Shown piece after piece: positions 16,594-25,641 of a stretch of DNA of 64,000 bases (position 1 is its first letter; each line of letters begins with the position of its first letter). The stretch is from Thermoplasmatota archaeon (GTDB lineage Archaea; Thermoplasmatota; Thermoplasmata; UBA10834), in assembly GCA_040751795.1 (NCBI GenBank), contig JBFMHR010000003.1, forward strand, positions 32,001 to 96,000, read 5' to 3'. Position numbers and translations under genes: made by a program. The notes below the pieces were generated by a model. The model saw only the letters and a list, made by a program, of their open reading frames with translations. It made no database searches and was not told the DNA's origin.

Positions 16594-18033
16594 TCAGATC
16601 GAGAGCATGTATTCCTTCGGGATCGAGACGATGTTATCTTCCGGGAACACGGAGAGCTCGTTCTCGGATATCAGGACCCCGTACTTCGGCCGGACCTTCT
16701 TAGCCGTCCTGATGATCTGTCCCTTCCCCTTGGTCCCGTACCCCACCTCGATGACTATCTCCTCACCGCTCGAGAGCCTGACGATGAAGTCTGCGCCCCC
16801 TTCGCGCGCGTCGTGGAAGAAGTCGAGCCAGTTCTCCGTCCCCCGCAGCCTGAACAGGGATGCCGAGACCGCCTCCTCGAGGAGGCGGCCGTGTACCTCA
16901 GGGGTGTGAGCGAACTTGCCCACGAGGTGCAGCAGCGCCGCCTTGACCACCGGGGCGTTGAACTTGTACTTCGGGGACTTGCTGATCCCGCTCGAGACGG
17001 AGCCATAGGGCCTGATCGGATAGATGACCTCGGACTTGATCAACACGTCCAGGACCTCGCTCAGGGCGGACCTGGATATCTTGACCTTCTGGCTCAGCGA
17101 CTCGTAGCTGCACTTCCCATTGACGGCGAACAGCAGGAGGATGTTGAATATCTTGTCCAGGGTCTCCTTGTCGAAGTTCTGGATGGCGGGTATGTCGGAG
17201 TTGACGATCTTCGACAGCGAGTCGAGGACGCGGCCGAACACGTCCTCCTCCTCCGAGAAGGGGATCGCGAACGGGAGCGTCCCGACGGTCAGGAACGTCT
17301 CGACCTCGTAGGGCTTGATCGATGACCAGTAGCGGTCGACCTCCCCCTTCATCCCCCTCAGGCTCTCGTAAGCCTCGATGGCGTCCTTCGAGCGGAATAT
17401 GGCGCCCTCTATCCTCTCCTTCAGGTTCCTCGTCTGGGTCACCTTGTGCTTCAGGGTCATGTACTCGGGGAAGTTCAGGGGGTACAGCCTCTCCTTCCTC
17501 GCCCGCCTCGCCGCGTCGGAGCTGCTCTGCAGAGAGAGGGCTGACGACCCGGTGGTGATCATGAAGACCCTCCTGGTGCGGTCGAAGACGGCCTTCTGCG
17601 CGACCGCCCAGTTCCTATCATAGTGGGCCTCGTCGACCAGGAGGAAGTGGTTGCCAGAGAGGTCCTCGAGGCTGGTGTTCATGAGGGACTCGTAGGCCCT
17701 GACGACGCCGTTCAGGTCCGCGCCTATCAGCCTGGTGACCTGGTCCATCGAGACGTATAGTATGTTCTGCTGGGGCACCCCCTGCTGCGCCAGATGGAAG
17801 TACAATTGGGCCAGCAGAGTGGTCTTGCCCGTCCCCCGGAGGCCGGAGAAGACCACCCACCTGTCCTCCGAGCGTCCGCTCAGATAGCCGTCCAGGAGCG
17901 TCCTGAAGCGATAGTAGGCCCATCGCCAGTAGATGCGGTTCCCTCCGGCGTCGAGGGTGTAGTTGCCCAGCATGGTCGGTGCGAGGGACACCCGGCTGCG
18001 GACGTGGTCCATCAGCAGGGGCGATACTTCCAT
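16594..18033 (-). CDS. AAA+ ATPase with C-terminal DUF4143 / PD-(D/E)XK-like domain
   Basis: GLRGTGKTT Walker A, LLVDEAH Walker B, TGSS, LYPLNFPEY, ADFIV..IEVG tail. Confidence 0.88.
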   Translation of the reverse strand: MEVSPLLMDHVRSRVSLAPTMLGNYTLDAGGNRIYWRWAYYRFRTLLDGYLSGRSEDRWVVFSGLRGTGKTTLLAQLYFHLAQQGVPQQNILYVSMDQVTRLIGADLNGVVRAYESLMNTSLEDLSGNHFLLVDEAHYDRNWAVAQKAVFDRTRRVFMITTGSSALSLQSSSDAARRARKERLYPLNFPEYMTLKHKVTQTRNLKERIEGAIFRSKDAIEAYESLRGMKGEVDRYWSSIKPYEVETFLTVGTLPFAIPFSEEEDVFGRVLDSLSKIVNSDIPAIQNFDKETLDKIFNILLLFAVNGKCSYESLSQKVKISRSALSEVLDVLIKSEVIYPIRPYGSVSSGISKSPKYKFNAPVVKAALLHLVGKFAHTPEVHGRLLEEAVSASLFRLRGTENWLDFFHDAREGGADFIVRLSSGEEIVIEVGYGTKGKGQIIRTAKKVRPKYGVLISENELSVFPEDNIVSIPKEYMLSI

Positions 18034-18380
18034 CACAGTATGTTATATCATACCATAAGATAATGATTATGTATCGCTGTAGACTACTCTTAGTGCGACA
18101 ACACCTATAGCGAGCGATGTACGCCCATGCGCGGTATGGCTCCTCAGTCAGTCTCTCCAGGGCCGATGGATGGAGTGAGTATCCCCTTGGAGGGGGATAC
18201 TTACACCGACTCCCGTGTCGGTCCCGTGGCGTTGCCTCGGCAATCAGCCACCAGACCCCGGGGACCGGAGAGCATCTGGAACCGGCGGCCGACTGATGCC
18301 GCGGTGGCCGTGTTCCTTCCGAGCGAGAAATAGAGGTTTCGAGAGGGGCCGCCCACCCCTCTCGCTGTCGTAGAGGTTTC

Positions 18381-19595
18381 TCAGTTGTAGTCGTTGAGGA
18401 ACGCCCACCAACCCATGTCGATGGCCCAGGCGACCTCGGTGTACGCGTCGGCGTACATGTCCCAATCGCCGCCCACACCCCACCACAGGGTGAGGCCGTG
18501 GCACGCCGCGGCGCCGGGCCCGTTGTCGAAGGCTAGGACCGCGTCGTCTATGGCGACGATCATCGCGGACGTCAAGGTCCTCAACGTGGTGTCCTTGATC
18601 TTCGCGTCGGCGAGCAGCCACTCGCCCAGGTCGGCCATGTCCACGTGCTCGGATGTCGCCCATGCGCAGTAGGCGCTGCTGAGCGCGTACTTGTAGTTCT
18701 TCTTGTACAGGGCCAGGTCCGTGTGCATCCTCGCGCACCAGGCGTCGAACACCGAGGCCTGGGCACCTATGCTCGCGACGTCCACTGCCGACAGGGCGAC
18801 GGTCTGCGCCCAGTTCAGCGGGTCGTAGTACGCCGCCCATCCGGCGACCATGTCCACCGCGACCTGGTCCGGGGTCCTCGCCGCGTTGCTCGCGAGCGGC
18901 GCGAACATCAGGTCGTACGGGAAGCCGTTCATCGGGATGGTCTCCTCGGACGCGACCATGTTGTCCACCATGCCCGTCAGCGAGACCTGGTAGACGACCT
19001 CGATCGCCGCCATGTTGCAGCAGTCGAACGACAGCACGTCGATGTGCACACCGGCGTTCACGAGCGACGCCTGCAGCTCGGGCATCGTGATCTTGTCGCC
19101 GGAGGTCTGGTCGTTGCTGAAGTACCTCCACGCGTAGCCGTGGTCGGACGCCGTCACGACCAGGTTCTCGGACGGATATAGGGTCGTGACCTCGGTCAGG
19201 AACCACGCGAAGGTCGCGCCGTCGCCGAAGTTCATCTCGGGATACGTGTTCACAACCGTCACCGTCCCGCCCTCGATCTCCATGAGCTCGATGGTCTGCG
19301 TGCTCATCCTGTCCAGCACGGCGACGATCTCGAAGTCGTCGCTGGCAGGTATGTTCAGCAGGGCCGGGAGGCTGTACTCGTCCCAGTACCTCTCGAGGTC
19401 GTTGTCGCCGTTGTAGTAGACTGCGAGCGTCCACGGGACCGGGTCCTGCGCCCTCGCGTTGCCCACGAGCAGCATGCCCGGGGCGACGAGGACTACTGCG
19501 GTCAGAATACCTAGGCACAATCTGGCTTTGTGTCCCCTCGTTGCAATACCCCCATCAGAGGACCAGCTGCCTTGACAGTTGTGAAGGTCCCCCAC
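18381..19595 (-). CDS. Secreted clostripain-family (C11) cysteine peptidase; start uncertain
   Basis: Signal-peptide-like hydrophobic stretch, WTLAVYYNGDNDLE, EMNFGDG.T, DHG (His), FDCCNM (Cys), VASEE. Confidence 0.88.
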   Translation of the reverse strand: MGDLHNCQGSWSSDGGIATRGHKARLCLGILTAVVLVAPGMLLVGNARAQDPVPWTLAVYYNGDNDLERYWDEYSLPALLNIPASDDFEIVAVLDRMSTQTIELMEIEGGTVTVVNTYPEMNFGDGATFAWFLTEVTTLYPSENLVVTASDHGYAWRYFSNDQTSGDKITMPELQASLVNAGVHIDVLSFDCCNMAAIEVVYQVSLTGMVDNMVASEETIPMNGFPYDLMFAPLASNAARTPDQVAVDMVAGWAAYYDPLNWAQTVALSAVDVASIGAQASVFDAWCARMHTDLALYKKNYKYALSSAYCAWATSEHVDMADLGEWLLADAKIKDTTLRTLTSAMIVAIDDAVLAFDNGPGAAACHGLTLWWGVGGDWDMYADAYTEVAWAIDMGWWAFLNDYN

Positions 19596-19888
19596 TCGCC
19601 GCCGTATCGGCTACTGACTACTTGTACGTATCACCCTGGTGCGTGCCACGTCCAGGAGGCCGGTTCCTCCCCGTCGCCGCGCGTCCCGCCCCGACCTCGC
19701 CGGACCGAGGGGCGGCGCGCCCCGAGCCATGCTGGCCAACGCCCTTCGGCACTCGACGACACGAGTGCCAGTCATCGCCGTCTCGGGGGAAAACCATGCG
19801 GCCGGGGCCGATGGGCCGCGAAAACATCGACACGCACAGAAGCCAGATGGCTCAAGAATGGGCATCGGGGGGCGCTCTGGCCCGGGAA

Positions 19889-19915
19889 ACCTATTTAAAT
19901 ACCTATTTAAATACC
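19889..19915 (+). promoter_or_regulatory. Tandemly duplicated TATA element upstream of tbp
   Basis: ACCTATTTAAAT x2 followed by ACC, ending about 20 bp before the ATG. Confidence 0.7.
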
Positions 19916-19935
19916 CTTAGTGCCGGTGAGATTTT

Positions 19936-20484
19936 ATGGCAGTCATCAAGATAGAGAACGTCGTCGCCTCGACGTCTCTCGGGGGGGAGCTGGATCTCCA
20001 GGCAATCGCTCTCGCGCTGGACGGCGCGGAGTACGAGCCGGAGCAGTTCCCAGGGCTGATATACAGACTGAAGGAACCGAAGACCGCCACGCTGCTCTTC
20101 AGGAGCGGCAAGGTCGTCTGCACGGGCGCGAAGAGCCTCGAGCAGGTGAAGACCGCGATCAGCAAGGTCGCCAAGCAGATCGAGGCGGCCGGGATCGTGA
20201 TCAAGGTCGAGCCGAAGATCGAGGTCCAGAACATAGTCGCGTCGAGCGACCTGGGCGCCCAGATCAACCTGAACGCCATAGCCATAAGCCTCGGCCTGGA
20301 GAAGGTCGAGTACGAGCCGGAGCAGTTCCCCGGACTCGTCTACAGGATCGACTCCCCGAAGGTCGTGGTGCTCCTGTTCGGCAGCGGCAAGCTCGTCTGC
20401 ACGGGCGCAAGGAAGCCCGAGGACGTCGAGGCCGCGGTCGACAAGATAACCGAGGAGCTCAAGGCGGCCGGTCTCCTGAAGTGA
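19936..20484 (+). CDS. tbp: TATA-box binding protein
   Basis: Two repeats of NVVAS...YEPEQFPGL.YR...LF.SGK.VCTGA. Confidence 0.99.
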   Translation: MAVIKIENVVASTSLGGELDLQAIALALDGAEYEPEQFPGLIYRLKEPKTATLLFRSGKVVCTGAKSLEQVKTAISKVAKQIEAAGIVIKVEPKIEVQNIVASSDLGAQINLNAIAISLGLEKVEYEPEQFPGLVYRIDSPKVVVLLFGSGKLVCTGARKPEDVEAAVDKITEELKAAGLLK

Positions 20485-20494
20485 AGCCCTGCCC

Positions 20495-21337
20495 ATGGAC
20501 GTACCGATACTGGACAACCACGCGCACCTAGAGCCACTGATAGGAAGGCACGTGGAGGCGGTCAGGGACTTCGAGAGGGCCGGCGGGACCCACATCGTCA
20601 TATCGCATCTGCCCTACGGTCACCTCAGGGTCTCCTCCCCGGAGGACTTCAGGAGGGGCTTCGACGAGACCGTGCGGCTCAGGGACCGCGTCAACTCCGA
20701 GACCGGTGTCAAGGCCTTCGCGACGGTCGGCCCCTACCCGGTCGAGCTGCTCCACCTCGAGGAGAGGCTCGGGCCGGAGCGCGCCAAGGACGTCATGATG
20801 AGGGGCATGGACATCGCGGCCGAGTTCGTCAGGGAGGGCAAGGCGCTCGCGATCGGGGAGGTCGGGAGGCCGCACTTCGAGGTCACGGAGGCTCAGCTGG
20901 CCGCGTCGAACGAGATAATGTCGTACGCGATGTCGCTCGGGAAGGAGCTCGGGTGCGCGGTCGTCCTGCACACCGAGAGCGCCACGCCGGAGTCGATGCG
21001 CGAGCTTGCTTCCATGGCCGACCGGGCGGGCCTTCCCAGGTGGAGGCTCGTCAAGCACTACTGTCCCCCGCTGGTGCTGGAGGAGGAGAACCACGGGCTG
21101 ATGCCGTCGGTCCTGGCCGGCATGGACGCGGTCGCGGAGGCGCTCTCGAAGGGGACGAGGTTCCTCATGGAGACGGACTTCCTGGACGACCCCAGGAGGC
21201 CGGGTGCAGTCCTGGACATACGGACCGTGCCCAAGCGGACCCGGACGATGCTGGAGAAGGGCCTCATGACAGAGGAGCAGGCCCACAAGATACATGTAGA
21301 CAATCCGCGTGCGACCTACGGGCAGGCCTTCGAGTGA
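20495..21337 (+). CDS. TatD-related metal-dependent hydrolase
   Basis: DNHAH, IGEVGRPH, LHTE, METDFLDD. Confidence 0.88.
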   Translation: MDVPILDNHAHLEPLIGRHVEAVRDFERAGGTHIVISHLPYGHLRVSSPEDFRRGFDETVRLRDRVNSETGVKAFATVGPYPVELLHLEERLGPERAKDVMMRGMDIAAEFVREGKALAIGEVGRPHFEVTEAQLAASNEIMSYAMSLGKELGCAVVLHTESATPESMRELASMADRAGLPRWRLVKHYCPPLVLEEENHGLMPSVLAGMDAVAEALSKGTRFLMETDFLDDPRRPGAVLDIRTVPKRTRTMLEKGLMTEEQAHKIHVDNPRATYGQAFE

Positions 21338-21368
21338 GACCCATGGCCTGCCGGAAGGCATCTGACCT

Positions 21369-22535
21369 ATGGCGGCCTATTCTGACATGGCGGACAGGTT
21401 CTCTGAGGTGGCCCAGAGGCACGGGAGCCTAGTCTTCGTCCAGGCGGTCGTCGCGGTCGCAAACACGACCGCCAACGCTTTCGTGATGATCTACCTCCTC
21501 CGCGAGGGGATGGAGTACATCGAGTGCGCCTTCTTCCTCCTGATCGCCTTCGTCGTCGCCCTCGTCCTAGCGACCCACGGGTCGAACCTGGTCGCCCGGG
21601 ACTTCTCCGCCTCGATGCGGCTGGGCATGGCGTGCATGGCGGCCTACTACATCGCCCTCGCGGCGCTCTCCGGCCCGGTCCTCATGCTCGTCCCGCCGCT
21701 CTTCCTCGGCACCTATATAGTCACGTTCTGGGTGCCGTACAACTCGCTCATCTCCCATGCGACCTCGCAGGAGAGGCGGGGCGCCGGCGTGGGGGCGTAC
21801 TTCCTGGTCTTCCCCGCGGTGTCGACCGTCGGCCCGCTCGCCGGCGGGCTGATCATAACCCTGGGGTCCTACGACCTCCTGTTCGCGTTCGGGGCCGCGG
21901 TGATCGGGGTGAACATCCTGTACCTGTCGAGGCCGTCCGCGGTGAGGCCGGACCAGGGCCTCACAACGGCTGGAATCCTATCTCCGTCGAGGGGGAGGGT
22001 CTTCTCGCTCGCCCACACCGACGGACGTGTGGCGCGCGGGCTCTTCGCGCAGGGGGTCCAGGACGGCGTGTTCTGGATTGCCCTGCCGGTCCTGAGCTTC
22101 GAGTTCGCGACCGACGAGGCCGCCCTCAGCGGGTACCTCTCTCTCTTCGCCTTCTGCGGGGCGCTCATGACCGTCGCCCTCGGATACCTCTCGGACCGGG
22201 TGAGGGAGAGGGGGAGGATACTCAGGCTGGGTGCGGCCGCGACCGCCGTCTCGATGGCCGTCTGCGGGCTCGCGTCCTCGGCGGAAGGGTACCTCACCGG
22301 GATGAGTGCGGCGAGCTTCTGGCTCGCGGTGGTCTCCGCCTTCCTCTTCACCCTCCTCGTCGACCGCTCCGAGAGGACCATCACGACAGGGATGATGACG
22401 AGGGAGGCGATGCTCAACGCGGGGAGGCTAGTGGGGATCTCCGTCACCATCGTGCTCCTCGCACTCGAGCTCGACCTCTCGGCTAGCATGTTCGTCGCCG
22501 CGGCGGCCGTCGCGACGGTCGTCGCCGTCAAGTGA
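21369..22535 (+). CDS. MFS-type membrane transporter
   Basis: About 12 hydrophobic segments; GYLSDRVRER motif A-like. Confidence 0.82.
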   Translation: MAAYSDMADRFSEVAQRHGSLVFVQAVVAVANTTANAFVMIYLLREGMEYIECAFFLLIAFVVALVLATHGSNLVARDFSASMRLGMACMAAYYIALAALSGPVLMLVPPLFLGTYIVTFWVPYNSLISHATSQERRGAGVGAYFLVFPAVSTVGPLAGGLIITLGSYDLLFAFGAAVIGVNILYLSRPSAVRPDQGLTTAGILSPSRGRVFSLAHTDGRVARGLFAQGVQDGVFWIALPVLSFEFATDEAALSGYLSLFAFCGALMTVALGYLSDRVRERGRILRLGAAATAVSMAVCGLASSAEGYLTGMSAASFWLAVVSAFLFTLLVDRSERTITTGMMTREAMLNAGRLVGISVTIVLLALELDLSASMFVAAAAVATVVAVK

Positions 22536-22539
22536 CTGG

Positions 22540-22815
22540 TCATGGGACGATGCTGAAGTCATCGAACTCATCCGTGGCCTCCGACATCTCCACGGCCTTC
22601 CGCTCCACGCGCGCGTGCGGCTGTCCTGTGGCGCACCACTCTACCGCCTGGTCGACCGCACGCTCCTCGCCCTCGAACACCGCCTCGACGGCGCCGTCAT
22701 CCCTGTTCCTCACCCACCCGGTGAGGCCGAGGGAGCGGGCGCACTTCTGAGCGTTGGCCCTGAAGAACACCCCCTGGACGAGGCCCTCGAAGACGACGTG
22801 CGCGCGGACCTTCAC
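22540..22815 (-). CDS. acyP: Acylphosphatase
   Basis: GLVQGVFFR, GWVRNRDDGAVEAVFEG; GTG start. Confidence 0.95.
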   Translation of the reverse strand: MKVRAHVVFEGLVQGVFFRANAQKCARSLGLTGWVRNRDDGAVEAVFEGEERAVDQAVEWCATGQPHARVERKAVEMSEATDEFDDFSIVP

Positions 22816-23003
22816 GCCCCTGGATGAACCTCCCGCGCGATGAAACCTGCCATCCGGGCGGGCGCGCGGCCAGCGGGGGCGCCAGTACATAGATATTTAT
22901 ACTCACATGCCGATTTTATAGATGCGCACGCACGCGCGCGGGATGCACCGTCAGCAGAGCCGTATGTGAGGATCACGTCGGCCTCGGGATGAGGTGAAAC
23001 AAC

Positions 23004-24125
23004 ATGATGAGATCGCTCGTCGAGGACGCACTTGCGAGGGAGCCAGGGCCTGGCTCGAGCATCGCTGAGGCAGCGATGCTGGGACAGGACCAGAGGGTGG
23101 ATGCAGAGCTCGAGCAGATACTGCGGAGCCTGAAGACGAACATCAAGATCGTCGGGGTCGGCGGAGGCGGCACCAACACCGTCGCGAGGCTGTACGACGA
23201 GGGGATCATAGGCGCCGAGCTCTACGCGGCCAACACGGACGCGCAGCACCTCCTCACGCTGAAGGCGCCCCACAAGATCCTCCTGGGCAGGAGGGTCACG
23301 AGGGGCCTCGGCGCGGGCGCGCTCCCGCAGGTCGGGGAGGAGGCCGCCAGGGAGGTCGAGGACGACCTCAAGAAGATACTCGCCGACACGCACATATGCT
23401 TCGTCACCTGCGGGCTCGGGGGCGGCACCGGAACGGGCGGGTCCGCCGTCGTCGCGCGCATAGCGAAGGAGATGGGCGCGCTCACGATCGCCGTCGCCAC
23501 GATGCCGTTCAGGGGCGAGGGCAAGATGAGGATGGAGAACGCCGAGTGGGGCCTGGACAGGCTCAGGGACGCGGCGGACACCGTCATAGTCATACCGAAC
23601 GACAAGCTCCTGGAGCTGGTCCCGAGGCTCTCCCTCAACGCGGCCTTCAAGGTCGCCGACGAGGTCCTCATGAGGTCCATCAAGGGCCTCACCGAGGTCA
23701 TAACGAGGCCCGGCCTGGTGAACCTGGACTTCAACGACGTCAAGACGATCATGAAGGGCGCCGGCGTCGCCATGATGGGCATGGGCGAGTCGGACGCGCC
23801 CGGCGACGACAGGGTCCTGGAGGCCATAGACCAGGCGATCAACTCACCGCTGCTCGAGGTCGACATCAGCGAGGCCAACGCCGTGCTGATAGACGTCATC
23901 GGCGGCACGGACATGACCATATCCGAGGCGGAGAAGGCGGCCGAGGAGGTCCAGAGCAGGGTCAGCCCGAACGCCCGCATCATATGGGGCGCGGCAGTGG
24001 ACCCCGCGATGGACAAGACGGTCCGGGTCATGCTCGTGGCGACCGGGGTGAAGTCGAAGCAGATCCTCGGCAAGCCCACGGAGAGGCGCTTCAAGGGCGT
24101 CGGAGAGGTGGACCTGGTCCGCTGA
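23004..24125 (+). CDS. ftsZ: Cell division protein FtsZ, FtsZ1-type, copy A
   Basis: GVGGGGTN, NTDAQHL, GLGGGTGTG, NLDFND, SPLL. Confidence 0.97.
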   Translation: MMRSLVEDALAREPGPGSSIAEAAMLGQDQRVDAELEQILRSLKTNIKIVGVGGGGTNTVARLYDEGIIGAELYAANTDAQHLLTLKAPHKILLGRRVTRGLGAGALPQVGEEAAREVEDDLKKILADTHICFVTCGLGGGTGTGGSAVVARIAKEMGALTIAVATMPFRGEGKMRMENAEWGLDRLRDAADTVIVIPNDKLLELVPRLSLNAAFKVADEVLMRSIKGLTEVITRPGLVNLDFNDVKTIMKGAGVAMMGMGESDAPGDDRVLEAIDQAINSPLLEVDISEANAVLIDVIGGTDMTISEAEKAAEEVQSRVSPNARIIWGAAVDPAMDKTVRVMLVATGVKSKQILGKPTERRFKGVGEVDLVR

Positions 24126-24252
24126 CCCCCTCCGTAAGCTCCGAAACGTTTAAGAGACCCAATCAGCTACGGTGCTCTCGACCGGCGAGCATGGCTCGCC
24201 GTTGCCATTTGTCACGTTACGTTCACGTGAAGAACGCTGCGGAGGCCCCTAG

Positions 24253-25356
24253 ATGAAGTCGCTCGTCGACAGTGCCCTTAGCTCGGTGGACGCGGAGCAG
24301 AGCAGGAGACCGGAGGGTTTCACCCCCTTCACTGCGGAGGACGAAGAGCTGCAGAAGATACTGCAGGGGCTCAAGACCAACATCAAGATCATAGGCTGCG
24401 GCGGCGGAGGCTCCAACACGATAAACAGGCTGGCCCAGGCCGGCATCGTGGGGGCCGAGCTCTACGCGGCCAACACCGACGCGCAGCACCTGCTGATGAC
24501 CCACGCCCCGCACAAGCTCCTGCTCGGCAGGAGGGTGACGAGGGGGCTGGGCGCCGGCGCGCTCCCCCAGGTCGGCGAGGAGGCCGCCAGGGAGGCCGAG
24601 GAGGAGCTGAAGAAGGCCGTCGCCAACGCGGACATCGTGTTCGTGACGTGCGGGCTCGGGGGCGGCACCGGGACCGGCTCCGCCCCGTTCGTGGCGCAGC
24701 TGGCCAAGGAGGCGGGCGCGCTCACGATAGCGATATGCACCTACCCGTTCCAAGCCGAGGGGGCCATCAGGGCGGAGAACGCCGAGTGGGGCCTCGAGAG
24801 GCTGAGGAGCGTGGCGGACACCGTCATAGTCATCCCCAACGACAAGCTCCTGGAGCTCGTCCCGAAGCTGGCCCTGAACGCCGCGTTCAAGGTCGCCGAC
24901 GAGGTCCTCATGAGGTCGATCAAGGGCATAACCGAGATCGTCACCAAGCCGGGCCTGGTCAACCTCGACTTCAACGACATCAAGACCGTCATGAAGGCGG
25001 GCGGGGTCGCGATGATCGGCCTCGGCGAGGCGGACGACGACGACAGGGCCGTGACCGCGGTCATGGAGGCCATCAACTCGCCGCTCATCGAGCTGGACAT
25101 ATCGGAGGCCACGGCGGCGCTCGTCAACGTGACGGGCGGCCCGAGCATGACCGTCACGGAGGCGGAGCAGGTCGCGGAGGTCATCCAGTCGAAGATCAGC
25201 CCTGGCGCCAGGATCATCTGGGGCGCCGCGGTGGACGAGACGCTCGACGAGACCATCCGCGTGATGGTGGTCATAACCGGAGTGAAGTCGAGGCACATAC
25301 TCGGCCCGAAGAAGGACAAGAAGGGCTCGGCCATGGGCCTGGACTTCATCAAGTAG
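24253..25356 (+). CDS. ftsZ: Cell division protein FtsZ, FtsZ1-type, copy B
   Basis: Same motifs; C-terminal GLDFI tail; followed by secE-spt5-rpl11 as in the canonical ftsZ1 locus. Confidence 0.97.
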   Translation: MKSLVDSALSSVDAEQSRRPEGFTPFTAEDEELQKILQGLKTNIKIIGCGGGGSNTINRLAQAGIVGAELYAANTDAQHLLMTHAPHKLLLGRRVTRGLGAGALPQVGEEAAREAEEELKKAVANADIVFVTCGLGGGTGTGSAPFVAQLAKEAGALTIAICTYPFQAEGAIRAENAEWGLERLRSVADTVIVIPNDKLLELVPKLALNAAFKVADEVLMRSIKGITEIVTKPGLVNLDFNDIKTVMKAGGVAMIGLGEADDDDRAVTAVMEAINSPLIELDISEATAALVNVTGGPSMTVTEAEQVAEVIQSKISPGARIIWGAAVDETLDETIRVMVVITGVKSRHILGPKKDKKGSAMGLDFIK

Positions 25357-25375
25357 GTCGAAGGGTAGGAACGAG

Positions 25376-25615
25376 ATGACAGACATAGTGGACAAGTCCT
25401 GGGATCTTCAGAGGAAGATCGAGGAGAAGACCAAGCACGTCGGCAAGGGCAAGTACGGCAGGGTCCTGAAGATGGCCAGGAAGCCGACGGGCGAGGAGTA
25501 CCTCAAGGTCACGCAGACCGTGGCGATCGGCCTGATCCTCCTCGGGGGCCTGGGCTTCCTTATCTACTGGCTGTTCGAGTACGGCTCTGACCTGATCATC
25601 AGGGCCTTCAGCTGA
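25376..25615 (+). CDS. secE: Protein translocase SecE/Sec61-gamma
   Basis: YGRVLKMARKPT.EEY, single TM helix GxxGFLIY. Confidence 0.95.
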   Translation: MTDIVDKSWDLQRKIEEKTKHVGKGKYGRVLKMARKPTGEEYLKVTQTVAIGLILLGGLGFLIYWLFEYGSDLIIRAFS

Positions 25616-25641
25616 CGTTTCACGATGTGCGAGGGATCGTT

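Noticed and set aside
3047-18081. Shared 12-mer TGTATCGCTGTA upstream of the ArsR gene (3047-3058) and the AAA ATPase (18070-18081)
   Set aside because: Only two copies, non-palindromic and at different spacing from the starts; compatible with chance.
23100-25300. Tandem ftsZ as an assembly duplication
   Set aside because: The copies differ throughout in codons and residues and have distinct termini, so they are true paralogs.
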